Shown: positions 9,742-21,970 of the stretch, piece by piece
Layout of the letters: each line of letters begins with the position of its first letter
How positions within the stretch are numbered: position 1 is the first letter of the stretch
Assembly: GCA_021802705.1 (NCBI GenBank)
Contig: JAJZRL010000004.1
Coordinates: 13,862-77,861, forward strand
Direction of reading: 5' to 3'
Origin: a bacterium
GTDB taxonomy: Bacteria > Patescibacteriota > Minisyncoccia > Phycocordibacterales > Phycocordibacteraceae
DNA: 64,000 nt
Translations under genes and position numbers: made by a program
Notes under the pieces: generated by a model
What the model saw: the letters and a program-made list of their open reading frames with translations, nothing else
Databases searched by the model: none
Told to the model about the DNA's origin: nothing

Positions 9742-10401
9742 ATGGCTCTTCCTCCGACAATACCGACCTCTTTCGTTCCGTACTCGGCGTCTGCGTCGAC
9801 GCGGCAGTTCCGCGGCGATTTCTCAGGCGCATTCAATTTCTTCGCGTACGCCGCGTTTTTCATCGCGCTCTCGCTCGCCGTCGGAGTTTTCTTTTACGGC
9901 CGCATCCTTTCCGCGACGCTCGCATCGAAAGACGCCGATTTAAGCAAAGCCGAAGCGTCGGTTGACGAGACGACCGTCAACAGCTTCCTGCAGCTGCACA
10001 ACCGCCTCCTTTCCGGAGAAACGCTCCTCGGGAACCATGTCGCTCTCTCGAATTTCTTCACGCTACTCGAGACCATCATGCCGACGAGCGTCCGCTTCTC
10101 CTCGTTGAATCTTTCGCTCGACAGTTCATCCGGTGCGGTACAAGTAGACGGATCAGGCGTTGCGAAGAGTTTTAACGCTCTAGCATCCGCTTCTATCGCT
10201 TTCGCGAAGGACGGCCGCATCAAGAACGCCATATTCTCGAATATCAGCGTCAATAAGAACAGCTCGGTCACCTTCGCCTTCACCGCATCGCTTGATCCGA
10301 AACTCGTCGCGTTCTCGCCGTCGGCTTCCGCAACGCTTGCGCCGAATGCCTCGACGACAACAGCATCAACGACGGCGACGACGAGCGCCCCTCTGCCATG
10401 A
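9742..10401 (+). CDS. PilN-like pilus alignment protein
   Basis: Single TM plus coiled coil; position after pilM; TATACT 7 nt before ATG. Confidence 0.7.
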   Translation: MALPPTIPTSFVPYSASASTRQFRGDFSGAFNFFAYAAFFIALSLAVGVFFYGRILSATLASKDADLSKAEASVDETTVNSFLQLHNRLLSGETLLGNHVALSNFFTLLETIMPTSVRFSSLNLSLDSSSGAVQVDGSGVAKSFNALASASIAFAKDGRIKNAIFSNISVNKNSSVTFAFTASLDPKLVAFSPSASATLAPNASTTTASTTATTSAPLP

Positions 10402-10967
10402 ACAGCCGCGTCCTTCCGCTCCTCGCTCTCATCGCGACCATCGCCATCTTTTTCGGGTATGTGAAGCCTACCTGGAGCGGCGAGATAGCGAATCTCAATA
10501 CCGCTATCGCCGCCGACGATCAGGCTCTTGCAGCCGCGGATGCATACGCTTCACAGCAGAATGCGCTCATTGCCGCGCGCAACGCCATCAATCCACAGGA
10601 CCTTTCGAGGCTCTCGACGTTCTTGCCGAGCTCGGCCGATAATGTCGGCATCATCCTCGACCTGAACGCTCTCGCCGCCCGCTCCGGCCTTTCCCTCTCG
10701 AGCATCGATGTTTCTAAAAATGCGGCGGCAGATGCTACTCCGACAAGCGCTCCGAACGGAACCTTCTCAGCAACTCCTTCGACCGGCTCCGTGAACTCGG
10801 TCGATCTCTCCCTTTCCGCCGTCGGTACCTATAGCGCATTCCAGACATTTCTTCAGGGGATTGAAAAGAGCCTCCGTCTTCTCGATGTCCAGAGTCTTTC
10901 CGTGACAGGCTCCGATACCGGATCGTATAATTACAGTATGACCATCCGTTTATACTGGCTCCGCTAA
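10398..10967 (+). CDS. pilO: PilO-like pilus alignment protein
   Basis: N-terminal TM; GTYSAFQTFLQGIEKSLRLLDV PilO-type motif. Confidence 0.8.
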   Translation: MNSRVLPLLALIATIAIFFGYVKPTWSGEIANLNTAIAADDQALAAADAYASQQNALIAARNAINPQDLSRLSTFLPSSADNVGIILDLNALAARSGLSLSSIDVSKNAAADATPTSAPNGTFSATPSTGSVNSVDLSLSAVGTYSAFQTFLQGIEKSLRLLDVQSLSVTGSDTGSYNYSMTIRLYWLR

Positions 10968-10973
10968 TCCGCT

Positions 10974-11276
10974 ATGAAATTCAATTCAAGCACCATCCTT
11001 ACGATTCTCGCGACGCTTATCGCTGCGGCCGGCGCGTATTGGTATTTCTTCACCGGAACAGGAAATCAGCCGCCGCTTACCGCAAACGCATCGAAAAACG
11101 AGGCACAAGCGCATTTCCAAGCGCTCGTCAGCGAACTGCAGACGATTTCCTTCGATACCGGCATTTTTTCTGATCCGCGTTTCAACGCGCTCGCCGATCT
11201 TACGACGCCCGTCGCTCCGGAAACATTGGGCCGTCTGGATCCATTCGCCCCGATTCCTGGCATAAGCGGAAAATGA
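10974..11276 (+). CDS. Small pilus-locus membrane protein (PilP position)
   Basis: N-terminal TM; C-terminal GRLDPFAP. Confidence 0.7.
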   Translation: MKFNSSTILTILATLIAAAGAYWYFFTGTGNQPPLTANASKNEAQAHFQALVSELQTISFDTGIFSDPRFNALADLTTPVAPETLGRLDPFAPIPGISGK

Positions 11277-11279
11277 GTA

Positions 11280-13058
11280 ATGAATCTTCTCGGACTTCTT
11301 CTTGATAAAGGCCTTCTCTCTGCGAATGATCGCGTAGCGATCGAGGCCGAACTCGCGAAGAATCGTCCGCTTAAGGACGTGCTTGCCGAACACGGCATCT
11401 CGCTCAAAGATGCGCTCGCCTCCGCAGGGGAGGTCTACAAGCTCCCTACCCGGATACTCGGTAATCCTCCGGCCAGCGAAGACGCGCTGAGCTATATCCC
11501 GATCGACTCGGCGCGCCACTACGGATTCGTCCCGCTTAACATAGTCGACGGGGCGCTCGAGGTCGGCATCGTCGATCCTGACAATATCGAGGCGCTCGAT
11601 GCGTTGCAGTTCATCTCAGGCCAGACGGGCGTGCCATATAAGATCTTCCTCATCTCGAAGGAAGATTTCGAGCGGGTCCTTAAGGCGTATCAGAACCTTA
11701 CCGGCGAGATAGGGAAGGCGCTTTCCGAGTATGAAATGAGCAGCAAGCCTGCCGCTGCGCAGCCCGCCTCTCCCGAGGCGGAGTCGCAAGACGACAAGCC
11801 GCTCACTCTCACGACCGGCGCCCAGCACGAGACCCTCAAAGAGGATGCGCCGGTAACGAAGATCGTCTCGACGATACTGCGGTACGCTATCGAAGGCCAC
11901 GCTTCCGACATCCATATCGAGCCGTCGCCGACCAAGACCCGGGTGCGTTTCCGTACGGACGGCGATCTCCACACCTCTCTTGAACTCCCCGCAAAAGTGC
12001 GCGATGCGGTCATCGCGCGCGTGAAGATTCTCGCAAAACTGCGTCTCGATGAGAAAAGAAAACCGCAGGACGGCCGTTTTTCAGCGACCATCGATATGCG
12101 ACGTATCGATTTCCGCGTCTCGACCTTCCCGACGGAATACGGAGAAAAGGTCGTGATGCGTATCCTCGATCAGTCGGCCGCGACGGCGACGCTCGATTCG
12201 ATTGGCTTTTCGGAGGAGCAGCTCTCCGGCATACGCGATATGATGAAAGCGCCCTACGGCATTATTCTTATCGCCGGTCCGACCGGATCAGGAAAGTCGA
12301 CGACGCTCTTCGCTATGCTTTCCGAGCTTGATCGCGAGACCGCCAACGTGGTTTCGCTCGAAGACCCCGTCGAGTACGAGATACCCGGCGTTTCCCAGAG
12401 CCAGGTGCGGCCGGAGATAGGCTATACTTTCGCGAGCGGGCTGCGATCTATCTTGCGCCAAGACCCGGATGTCATCATGGTCGGCGAGATCCGTGATAAC
12501 GAAACCGCAGTCCTCGCCGTGCAGGCGGCTCTTACTGGTCATCTCGTTTTCTCCACCATCCATACGAATACCGCCACCGGCGCGATACCGCGCCTCATCG
12601 ACATGGGCGTCGACCCTTTCCTTATCGCGCCGACGCTCGTTGCGGTTATCGGGCAACGTCTCGTGCAGAAGCTCTGCGACGGCGCGGGGAAGCCTTTTCC
12701 GATCACCGCGAGCATGAAAGCGTTTCTGGAGCGGGAATTCGAGGACCTGCCCGCCGAATACAAGAAGAAACTGCCTCCGTTTGAAAATTTCTATCGCGCG
12801 AGCCCGACGACCGAGTGTCCGAACGGTACGCGTGGCCGCACGGCGGTCTTCGAGATCCTCAACATGGAGAAGAGTATCGAACAGGTCGTGCTCAAGGAGC
12901 CGGTTGAGGAAACCATTTATACCGCCGCGCGTGCGAACGGGATGCTCACGATGCACGAAGATGCCATCATAAAGGCTCTTCAAGGGAAGATTCCTTTCGA
13001 GGAGGTGAATACGCTCGGCGGAGACCTTCTTCCCGAAGGGGATAGCGATACCGAGTAA
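11280..13058 (+). CDS. pilB: Type IV pilus extension ATPase PilB/GspE
   Basis: Motifs ASDIHIEP, PQDGR, GPTGSGKSTT and LRQDPDVIMVGEIRD. Confidence 0.95.
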   Translation: MNLLGLLLDKGLLSANDRVAIEAELAKNRPLKDVLAEHGISLKDALASAGEVYKLPTRILGNPPASEDALSYIPIDSARHYGFVPLNIVDGALEVGIVDPDNIEALDALQFISGQTGVPYKIFLISKEDFERVLKAYQNLTGEIGKALSEYEMSSKPAAAQPASPEAESQDDKPLTLTTGAQHETLKEDAPVTKIVSTILRYAIEGHASDIHIEPSPTKTRVRFRTDGDLHTSLELPAKVRDAVIARVKILAKLRLDEKRKPQDGRFSATIDMRRIDFRVSTFPTEYGEKVVMRILDQSAATATLDSIGFSEEQLSGIRDMMKAPYGIILIAGPTGSGKSTTLFAMLSELDRETANVVSLEDPVEYEIPGVSQSQVRPEIGYTFASGLRSILRQDPDVIMVGEIRDNETAVLAVQAALTGHLVFSTIHTNTATGAIPRLIDMGVDPFLIAPTLVAVIGQRLVQKLCDGAGKPFPITASMKAFLEREFEDLPAEYKKKLPPFENFYRASPTTECPNGTRGRTAVFEILNMEKSIEQVVLKEPVEETIYTAARANGMLTMHEDAIIKALQGKIPFEEVNTLGGDLLPEGDSDTE

Positions 13059-13087
13059 CCGGCTCTCATGTACTATACTATCCTATA

Positions 13088-13507
13088 ATGGCTTACCGAA
13101 TCTATCTCGTCGACGACGACCGTTTCCTCCTCGATTTGTATGCGATAAAGTTTAAGAATGCCGGTCACGACGTAAGCGTGTTTAATGGCGGCGAAGACCT
13201 TCTCGCCGCGCTCCGCAAGGAAGACGCGCCCGTACCAAGCGCCATCCTGCTCGACGTTATCATGCCCGGCATGAGCGGTTTCGAGATTCTCGATACGATA
13301 CGGAAAGAGGGTCTTGCGAAAGGGGCGAAGTTCATCATCCTTTCAAATCAAGGACAGGATTCCGATTTCGAGAAGGCGAAGGAGCTCTCCGTTGACGGCT
13401 ACATCATAAAAGCATCCGCCATCCCGTCAGAGGTGCTCACGGAGACTATCCGTACCATCGAGGGTGGTGCGCAGCAGGGCGGCGGAGAACTGCCGATCCA
13501 CCAGTAA
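13088..13507 (+). CDS. Single-domain response regulator (receiver)
   Basis: Motifs LVDDD, LLDVIMPGMSG and YIIK. Confidence 0.92.
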   Translation: MAYRIYLVDDDRFLLDLYAIKFKNAGHDVSVFNGGEDLLAALRKEDAPVPSAILLDVIMPGMSGFEILDTIRKEGLAKGAKFIILSNQGQDSDFEKAKELSVDGYIIKASAIPSEVLTETIRTIEGGAQQGGGELPIHQ

Positions 13508-13519
13508 AATTTAACCACC

Positions 13520-14581
13520 ATGGCTGCTGACAAACGTCTTGAAGAACTCCTCGATATCGTCATCACGGAAGGCGGCTCCGATCTGCATCTTTTCGTCGGC
13601 GGTCGCCCGGTGGTTCGGATCGCGGGCGCGCTCATCCCGCTCTCGAAGTACCCGGTATTTGCCGCTGACGAGACGGAGGCGATGTTGAAGAGCATCGTGC
13701 CGCCGGACCGCTGGGATTCTTTTATGGAAAATCAGACCATCGATCTTTCGTACGCCTACCGGGAAGACATGCGTTTCCGCGTAAACGGCTACCGGGTACA
13801 GGGAGGGGTAGCTATCGCGTTCCGGCTTATTCCGCATGCGGTACGCACCTTCTCCGATCTCAACCTCCCGTCCGTGCTCGAAGTCTTCACGCAGCGCGAA
13901 CAAGGCTTCTTTATCGTCGTGGGGCCGGTCGGGCACGGCAAATCAACGACGCTTGCCGCGATGATAAACCGCATCAACGATTCTCGTGCGGAGCACATCC
14001 TCACCATCGAAGATCCGGTCGAATACGTCTTTACGCCCAAGAAATCGCTCATCCATCAGCGTGAAGTGTACGTCGATGCGCCCAGCTTCAGCACGGCCTT
14101 ACAGAGCGCGTTCCGTGAAGATGTCGATGTCATCATGGTCGGCGAGATGCGCGATTATGAGACTATCTCGGCGGCAGTAACCGCCGCCGAAACCGGCCAT
14201 CTCGTCTTTTCGACGCTCCACACCAACAACGCCGCGCAGACCATCGACCGCATCATCGACATGTTTCCGGCCGAGCAACAAGACCAGGTGCGCGTGCAGC
14301 TCGCCGGTTCCCTGGCGGGTATCTTTTCCCAACGGCTCATACCGCGCGTTTCAGGCGGGCTTATTCCGGCGTACGAGCTCCTCATCAACAACAACGCCGT
14401 CGCAAACCTCATCCGCGAGGCGCAGACCCACGAGATCAGCGCCGTCATCCAGACCTCTTCGCAAGATGGCATGATCGACATGGACCGCATGCTCGCAGAC
14501 CTTGTTCATCGCGGGGAAGTCACGGTCGAGCACGCCTATGAGCACTCGATGGACCCGAAAACCTTTGAACGCTATCTTTAG
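13520..14581 (+). CDS. pilT: Pilus retraction ATPase PilT
   Basis: Motifs SDLHL, GPVGHGKSTT, AETGHLVFSTLHT and AVANLIRE. Confidence 0.95.
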   Translation: MAADKRLEELLDIVITEGGSDLHLFVGGRPVVRIAGALIPLSKYPVFAADETEAMLKSIVPPDRWDSFMENQTIDLSYAYREDMRFRVNGYRVQGGVAIAFRLIPHAVRTFSDLNLPSVLEVFTQREQGFFIVVGPVGHGKSTTLAAMINRINDSRAEHILTIEDPVEYVFTPKKSLIHQREVYVDAPSFSTALQSAFREDVDVIMVGEMRDYETISAAVTAAETGHLVFSTLHTNNAAQTIDRIIDMFPAEQQDQVRVQLAGSLAGIFSQRLIPRVSGGLIPAYELLINNNAVANLIREAQTHEISAVIQTSSQDGMIDMDRMLADLVHRGEVTVEHAYEHSMDPKTFERYL

Positions 14582-14587
14582 CCTGCC

Positions 14588-15793
14588 ATGCTTTTCAAAT
14601 ATCACGCTATCGATCAAGACGGTCATGAGCGGGACGGAACCATCGAAGCGCCGTCGCAGGAAGTCGCCATCTCGGCGCTGCAGCGCCGCAATCTCATCAT
14701 TTCGGCGATAGAGTCGACCGAGAAGCGGTCGGTGCTCGAGATCGAGATACCGTTTTTCAACCAGGTCTCGAACAAGGACGTCGTCGTCCTTTCGCGCCAG
14801 GTAGCGACGCTCTTCGAAGCGCAGGTGTCTGCGCTTCGCGTCTTCAGGCTCCTCGCCGCCGAAGTCGACAATAAGCAGCTCTCGTCCGTCCTCTCCGCAG
14901 TCGGAGACGACCTCCAAAGCGGAAGCCCCATAAGCAAGGCTCTTGCGCGCCACCCGAAAGTATTCAAGCCGTTTTACGTAAACATGGTCGCAGCCGGAGA
15001 AGAGTCCGGGAAACTCTCGGAAACGTTCGTCTACCTCGCCGACTACCTCGACCGCTCCTACGATGTCATCAGCAAGGCCGAGAACGCGCTCATCTATCCG
15101 ATCTTCGTCATCGCCGTCTTCTTCGGCGTCATGGCGCTCATGCTCACGCTCGTGATCCCGAAGATAAGCGCGGTGCTGCTCGATTCCGGCCAGCCGGTGC
15201 CGCTCTATACGAGCATCATCATCGGCTTTTCGAACTTCCTCATCCAGTACGGCATCTTCCTGATCATCGGGCTCATCGGGCTTGGCATATATGCGTGGCA
15301 GCTCAGCAAGACCGAGCGCGGCAAGCTTCTTCTCGACGGGATCAAGCTTTCGGTGCCGTACGTAGGCGACCTCTACAAGAAGCTCTATCTCGCGCGCATC
15401 GCGGACAACTTCTCCACCATGCTTACTAGCGGCGTCTCGGTCATCAAGGCGCTTGAGATTTCCGCAGCTGTCGTCGATAACTCCGTCTATGCGAACGTCC
15501 TTACCGCCGTCGGGGCGGACGTGCGCGGCGGCTCGGCCGTCTCAAGCGCGCTCGGGAAGCATCCGGAGATGCCGGGCATCATGGTCGCCATGACAAGGGT
15601 CGGAGAGGAGACCGGCGAGCTCGGCAAGATCCTCACGACGCTCGCGAAGTTCTATAACCGCGAAGTGGTGAATGCGGTCGATACGCTCGTCGGGCTCATC
15701 GAGCCGATCATGATCGTGATGCTCGGCCTTGGCGTCGGTACGCTCCTCGCCGCGGTGCTCCTTCCTATCTACAACCTCGCAAGCGCCATTTGA
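14588..15793 (+). CDS. pilC: Type IV pilus platform protein PilC/GspF
   Basis: Two T2SSF repeats (GEESGKL, GEETGEL); LIEP motif. Confidence 0.95.
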   Translation: MLFKYHAIDQDGHERDGTIEAPSQEVAISALQRRNLIISAIESTEKRSVLEIEIPFFNQVSNKDVVVLSRQVATLFEAQVSALRVFRLLAAEVDNKQLSSVLSAVGDDLQSGSPISKALARHPKVFKPFYVNMVAAGEESGKLSETFVYLADYLDRSYDVISKAENALIYPIFVIAVFFGVMALMLTLVIPKISAVLLDSGQPVPLYTSIIIGFSNFLIQYGIFLIIGLIGLGIYAWQLSKTERGKLLLDGIKLSVPYVGDLYKKLYLARIADNFSTMLTSGVSVIKALEISAAVVDNSVYANVLTAVGADVRGGSAVSSALGKHPEMPGIMVAMTRVGEETGELGKILTTLAKFYNREVVNAVDTLVGLIEPIMIVMLGLGVGTLLAAVLLPIYNLASAI

Positions 15794-15899
15794 GCGCTTC
15801 CGAGAAAACGCTATCCACAGCCTGTGCCCAAAAAGCGTATGCGTGCGCTAAAATAGAACACAGGTATAGATAACAAGTTAATAATCGCAAATAATCTTT

Positions 15900-16382
15900 A
15901 TGTATAACAATCGTTCTCGAGGTTTCACCCTCATCGAGCTCCTCGTCGTGATCGCCATCATCGGCATCCTCTCGGCGGTCGTGCTCGCTTCGCTTAGCAC
16001 CGCTCGCAGCAAAGGTAGTATCGCCGCCATCCAATCAAATATAAATGCGGTACAGACGCAGGCGGAAATATATTACGGTAGCAATTCTAATAGTTATGGT
16101 ACGCAAGCATGGTCAAGCGGGGCCGCGTCAGCGTGTACGGGAGGCATGTTCTCTGATTCGACCATAACAAAGGCGCTTGCGCAGGCAGATTCTTCGAACG
16201 GAAGCGGCAATATAGACTGCGTTGCGAATGGCACCTCATACGTTGTCGCCGCAGATATCAGCCAGCTTCAAGCTCCCGTTTCCCCGCAAGTTGGAAATTG
16301 GTGGTGTGTTGATTCCTCGGGAACGGCACGACAAGAAACAGCAACCGCATTCCCAACGGCTGCCATCTCTGTCTGCCCGTAG
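15900..16382 (+). CDS. Type IV major pilin
   Basis: Prepilin motif RGFTLIELLVVIAIIGIL; has its own upstream region and terminator. Confidence 0.93.
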   Translation: MYNNRSRGFTLIELLVVIAIIGILSAVVLASLSTARSKGSIAAIQSNINAVQTQAEIYYGSNSNSYGTQAWSSGAASACTGGMFSDSTITKALAQADSSNGSGNIDCVANGTSYVVAADISQLQAPVSPQVGNWWCVDSSGTARQETATAFPTAAISVCP

Positions 16383-16399
16383 GAAGAAGTAGTAAACAC

Positions 16400-16428
16400 A
16401 AAAACCCGCGGCTATGCCGCGGGTTTTT
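16400..16428 (+). terminator. Intrinsic terminator after the pilin gene
   Basis: Hairpin aaaaacccgcggc-tat-gccgcgggttttt. Confidence 0.85.
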
Positions 16429-16442
16429 GATATGATACAAGG

Positions 16443-17207
16443 ATGCTTTCTCTCTCGCTTATAACGTTCTTCGCTCTTGGCGCGCTCGTCGCGAGCTTCA
16501 TAGGCGTGGTCGTTGCGCGCCTCAACACCGGGGAAGGTTTCCTTACGGGCCGCTCGCGGTGCGATGTCTGCGGGGCGCCGCTCTCGTTTCTCTCGCTCGT
16601 GCCGATCGTCTCATACCTCGCTTCGTGCGGCCGCGCCCGCTGCTGCGGCGCGCGCATTTCGGCGCGCGCGCCGCTCTCCGAATTCCTTCTCGGCGCGCTC
16701 TTCGCCCTCTCTTTCGCACGGCTCGGGCTTACCGTGACGCTCCTCTTCATGCTCGTGTCCCTTTCGATGCTCCTTGCCCTTGTCCTCTACGACCTCATGC
16801 ATCAGATACTGCCGGCCGGACTCCTTACGGCATTCGTCCTTGCTGCGGCGGCAACCGGATTTTTATCGGCGAGCGATTTTGAGACGTTTGGAAGATCGCT
16901 TCTCGTCGCAGGTGTTTTCGCGCTCTTTTTCGCGCTCATTCACTTTCTCTCGCACGGCCGCGCCATGGGCTTTTCCGACACCCCGCTTGTTTTCGGTCTC
17001 GCTCTCCTTGCGGGGGAGCATGCGCTGCCCGGGTTCGTCTTCTCGTTTTGGATCGGCGCCGTCATAGGGATAACGCTGTTGGCGCGGCGGCCTCATGGTT
17101 CTAGAATAGGGGTTGAGGTGCCGTTCGCCCCGTTTCTGGCCGCCGGCTTCCTTCTCGCATACTTCACCCAATGGAATCCTTTCCTTATCGCCGCGGTTTT
17201 ACCCTGA
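16443..17207 (+). CDS. pilD: Prepilin peptidase (A24)
   Basis: Motifs RSRCDVC, YDLMHQILP, MGFSD and VPFAPFL. Confidence 0.9.
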   Translation: MLSLSLITFFALGALVASFIGVVVARLNTGEGFLTGRSRCDVCGAPLSFLSLVPIVSYLASCGRARCCGARISARAPLSEFLLGALFALSFARLGLTVTLLFMLVSLSMLLALVLYDLMHQILPAGLLTAFVLAAAATGFLSASDFETFGRSLLVAGVFALFFALIHFLSHGRAMGFSDTPLVFGLALLAGEHALPGFVFSFWIGAVIGITLLARRPHGSRIGVEVPFAPFLAAGFLLAYFTQWNPFLIAAVLP

Positions 17208-17851
17208 TCGAGCTTCTGGTCGTGTTCGCTATCATCGCCGTCCTTTCTCTCGTCGTGATTACCAGCCAGAGCTCTTTCAATAAGACGCTCGTCCTTACCA
17301 ATACCGCGTATGACCTCGCGCTCGCGCTCCGTTCCACCGAAACCTACGGCATCGGCAATCGCGCGATCGGTTCGAGTCAGAATGCGAATGCCGGTTACGG
17401 TCTCGACTTCCAGAAAGCGAACCAGACATCCTTCACGCTTTTTGCCGACACCTATCCGCCGATAGGGAGTTCAGGGCTCTGCCACACGCCGCCCGCAAAT
17501 GATCCGACCGGTCCGAACGCCGTACCCGGTAATTGCGTATATGATGCGACTCAAGGAGAAAAAGTGATGAGCTATACCATCGCAAACAACATCACGATAA
17601 GCAATTTTTGCGCAGGGGTGGGCAGCTCTTGGGCATGCGCGAATGGGACAGGATTCTTCACGCTCTCTTCTCTCGACATCGTATTCTCGCGGCCGAATCC
17701 GGTCCCTTTCATACGGGCACGCATCCTTACTTTCCCTCCGGTTTCCGCGGACGCGGCGTGCATCACGCTCTCTTCTCCTTACGGCGGCTCGCGTTACGTC
17801 GCGGTTAACGCTGCGGGAGAGATAACCGTCGCAACCTCATCATGTCCATGA
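17171..17851 (+). CDS. Minor pilin
   Basis: GFTLIELL N-methylation motif. Confidence 0.88.
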   Translation: MESFPYRRGFTLIELLVVFAIIAVLSLVVITSQSSFNKTLVLTNTAYDLALALRSTETYGIGNRAIGSSQNANAGYGLDFQKANQTSFTLFADTYPPIGSSGLCHTPPANDPTGPNAVPGNCVYDATQGEKVMSYTIANNITISNFCAGVGSSWACANGTGFFTLSSLDIVFSRPNPVPFIRARILTFPPVSADAACITLSSPYGGSRYVAVNAAGEITVATSSCP

Positions 17852-18387
17852 CCCGCTCAAGAGGCTACACGCTCGTCGAGCTCATCGTTGCGATGGGTCT
17901 CTTCGCGCTCGTCATGCTGCTTGCTTCAGGCGCGTACCTCATGATGATAGGGGCAAACCGGCAAGCGCAAGCCATCTCTACCGGCATCGACAACCTCTCT
18001 TTCGCGCTTGAAAGCATGACCCGCAGCATACGCACGGGCACATCCTATGATTGCGGTACCCTGACTGCCAGCCCTAACGACTGTTCCGGTGGCAAGAGCA
18101 CCTTTTCATTCAAAGACCAGTCCGGGAAGATAATCGCTTACACGGTAAATGCATCGACGCTTCAGGAGTCGACCGACGGGGGCAACACGTGGGTTTCGCT
18201 TACCGACCCGTCGGTAAACATCTCGTCGCTCATGTTTTATGCCTATGATACGGAGCCGACGTCGGACGGCAACTACGGCCAGCCGCGCGTTACGATCGTC
18301 GTGTCCGGCAGCGTCTCTTCTGGGCCCAACAAGACGGTACCTTTCACGGTTGAGACGGGCGCGACGATGCGCGGCGTGGACCTATAG
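17842..18387 (+). CDS. Minor pilin (PilW-like)
   Basis: GYTLVELIVA motif. Confidence 0.88.
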   Translation: MSMTRSRGYTLVELIVAMGLFALVMLLASGAYLMMIGANRQAQAISTGIDNLSFALESMTRSIRTGTSYDCGTLTASPNDCSGGKSTFSFKDQSGKIIAYTVNASTLQESTDGGNTWVSLTDPSVNISSLMFYAYDTEPTSDGNYGQPRVTIVVSGSVSSGPNKTVPFTVETGATMRGVDL

Positions 18388-18404
18388 TATATGAAGTATC
18401 CAAT

Positions 18405-19073
18405 ATGCGTATGAAAAACGTCGCCGCCAAACAGGAAAAACAGGAGAATGGTCTCTTTTATCCGGCTACGAACGGGAAGCGAAGAGACCGACAGGGCGGG
18501 TTTACGCTCGTCGAAACTCTGGTTGCCATCGCGATCCTTGCCCTTGCCGTCTCGGGACCGCTCTTCATAGCGGATCGCGCCATCGTTGCGGCGCAGTCGG
18601 CGCAATATCAGCTCACGGCTTCATATCTCGCGCAGGAAGGCATCGAATACGTGCGCGCGATGCGTGATAACGCCTATCTCGCCGCGTACCAGACCAATAA
18701 AACCAACAATACCGCATGGTGGAACGGTTTGAACGGTTTCTTAACTGGGAATTCGTCGAGCTCGATCATGCCCTGCGTTTCGTTGCTCTGCACGCTCGAC
18801 CCGACGCGCCCTATGGGCGCTGGAGTCTTCAACAGCAACCAGGCGCTTGCAGAGTGCAGTGGCGCGTGCCAGCCTCTCTATCTCACAAGCACCGGCTATA
18901 CCGAACAGAGCGCTCTTCCGGGTGCTGTGAAGACCCCGTTTACCCGTACGATAGAAATCGGTTATACGCCCGCGATGCCGGATTTCGCCGAAGCGACCTC
19001 TACCGTATCGTGGAACTTCCATGGCACCATGTATTCCGTCGAGATTGTCGACTACCTTACGCCATGGCAATAA
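18405..19073 (+). CDS. Minor pilin (PilV-like)
   Basis: Motifs GFTLVETLVAI and LAQEGIE. Confidence 0.88.
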   Translation: MRMKNVAAKQEKQENGLFYPATNGKRRDRQGGFTLVETLVAIAILALAVSGPLFIADRAIVAAQSAQYQLTASYLAQEGIEYVRAMRDNAYLAAYQTNKTNNTAWWNGLNGFLTGNSSSSIMPCVSLLCTLDPTRPMGAGVFNSNQALAECSGACQPLYLTSTGYTEQSALPGAVKTPFTRTIEIGYTPAMPDFAEATSTVSWNFHGTMYSVEIVDYLTPWQ

Positions 19074-19075
19074 CG

Positions 19076-19639
19076 ATGAAAAGAGCGGGTAGGAAAGCGT
19101 ACGCTCGGAATCCCCGGCGAGGGTTTGCGCTCCTTGTCGCCGTCATCTTCATGTCGGTGATGCTCGTTCTCGGTCTCATCCTCGGCTCGTTAAGCTATAA
19201 GCAGCAGATACTCGCTTCCTCCGCCATCGAATCGCAAGATGCGTTCTATGTGGCTGACGCCGCGCTCGAATGCGCCCTGTTTTCCGACCAAAAACAGAAT
19301 GAGTTTGCCTATCCTTCGCCGTACAACCCGCTCTCTTCTCCTTCCGCGCCTGGTCTTATATGCCGGTATGTTTCTCCGGTTTCTTCGACCGTACTTTCTT
19401 ACACGTCGCAAGAAATGGTTACTTTTAATCGCGTTCAGATCGATTCGGGTACGGGAAGCGGCTGCGCGGACGTGACCGTCTATAAGCCTTCTTCAAGCAC
19501 GGGGACAACCTACATCTTCTCGCAGGGCTACAACGTTCCGTGCAGCACAGTGCAAAGCGCTTCAAGCGGCGTTAATGCGGGAAACCTCTTCAGCAATGCG
19601 CGCATCGTGGCGCGCGGCTTGAGCGCCGAATACAACTAG
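19076..19639 (+). CDS. Minor pilin (PilX-like)
   Basis: GFALLVAVIF motif lacking E5; AFYVADAALECA. Confidence 0.82.
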   Translation: MKRAGRKAYARNPRRGFALLVAVIFMSVMLVLGLILGSLSYKQQILASSAIESQDAFYVADAALECALFSDQKQNEFAYPSPYNPLSSPSAPGLICRYVSPVSSTVLSYTSQEMVTFNRVQIDSGTGSGCADVTVYKPSSSTGTTYIFSQGYNVPCSTVQSASSGVNAGNLFSNARIVARGLSAEYN

Positions 19640-19655
19640 GACCGAGCTGGTATAG

Positions 19656-21662
<2,007 letters not shown>

Positions 21663-21676
21663 TAGAGTGCAAGGCA

Positions 21677-21970
21677 ATGGCGACGGTAGAGGAGGTAAAA
21701 AAGCTCGCGATGCTCGCGCGCATCGCGATAGCCGAGGAAGACGTCCTGAAATTCACGAACGAATTCGACGCTATCCTTGCATACGTGGGGCAGCTCGAAA
21801 CGCTCGATCTCTCCGACAGCACGACGGATGCGAAGCCGCCTTTGCGCAACAGCATGCGCATCGATGGCGACCCCCATGCTCCGGGCGTTTATACCGAGAC
21901 ACTCGCCGCGCAATTCCCCGACCGCGAGGACGATGCGCTTTCGGTAAAACAGATTGTCCAGCATGACTAA
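21677..21970 (+). CDS. gatC: Asp/Glu-tRNA amidotransferase subunit C
   Basis: VKKLAMLARI motif; directly upstream of gatA. Confidence 0.88.
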   Translation: MATVEEVKKLAMLARIAIAEEDVLKFTNEFDAILAYVGQLETLDLSDSTTDAKPPLRNSMRIDGDPHAPGVYTETLAAQFPDREDDALSVKQIVQHD

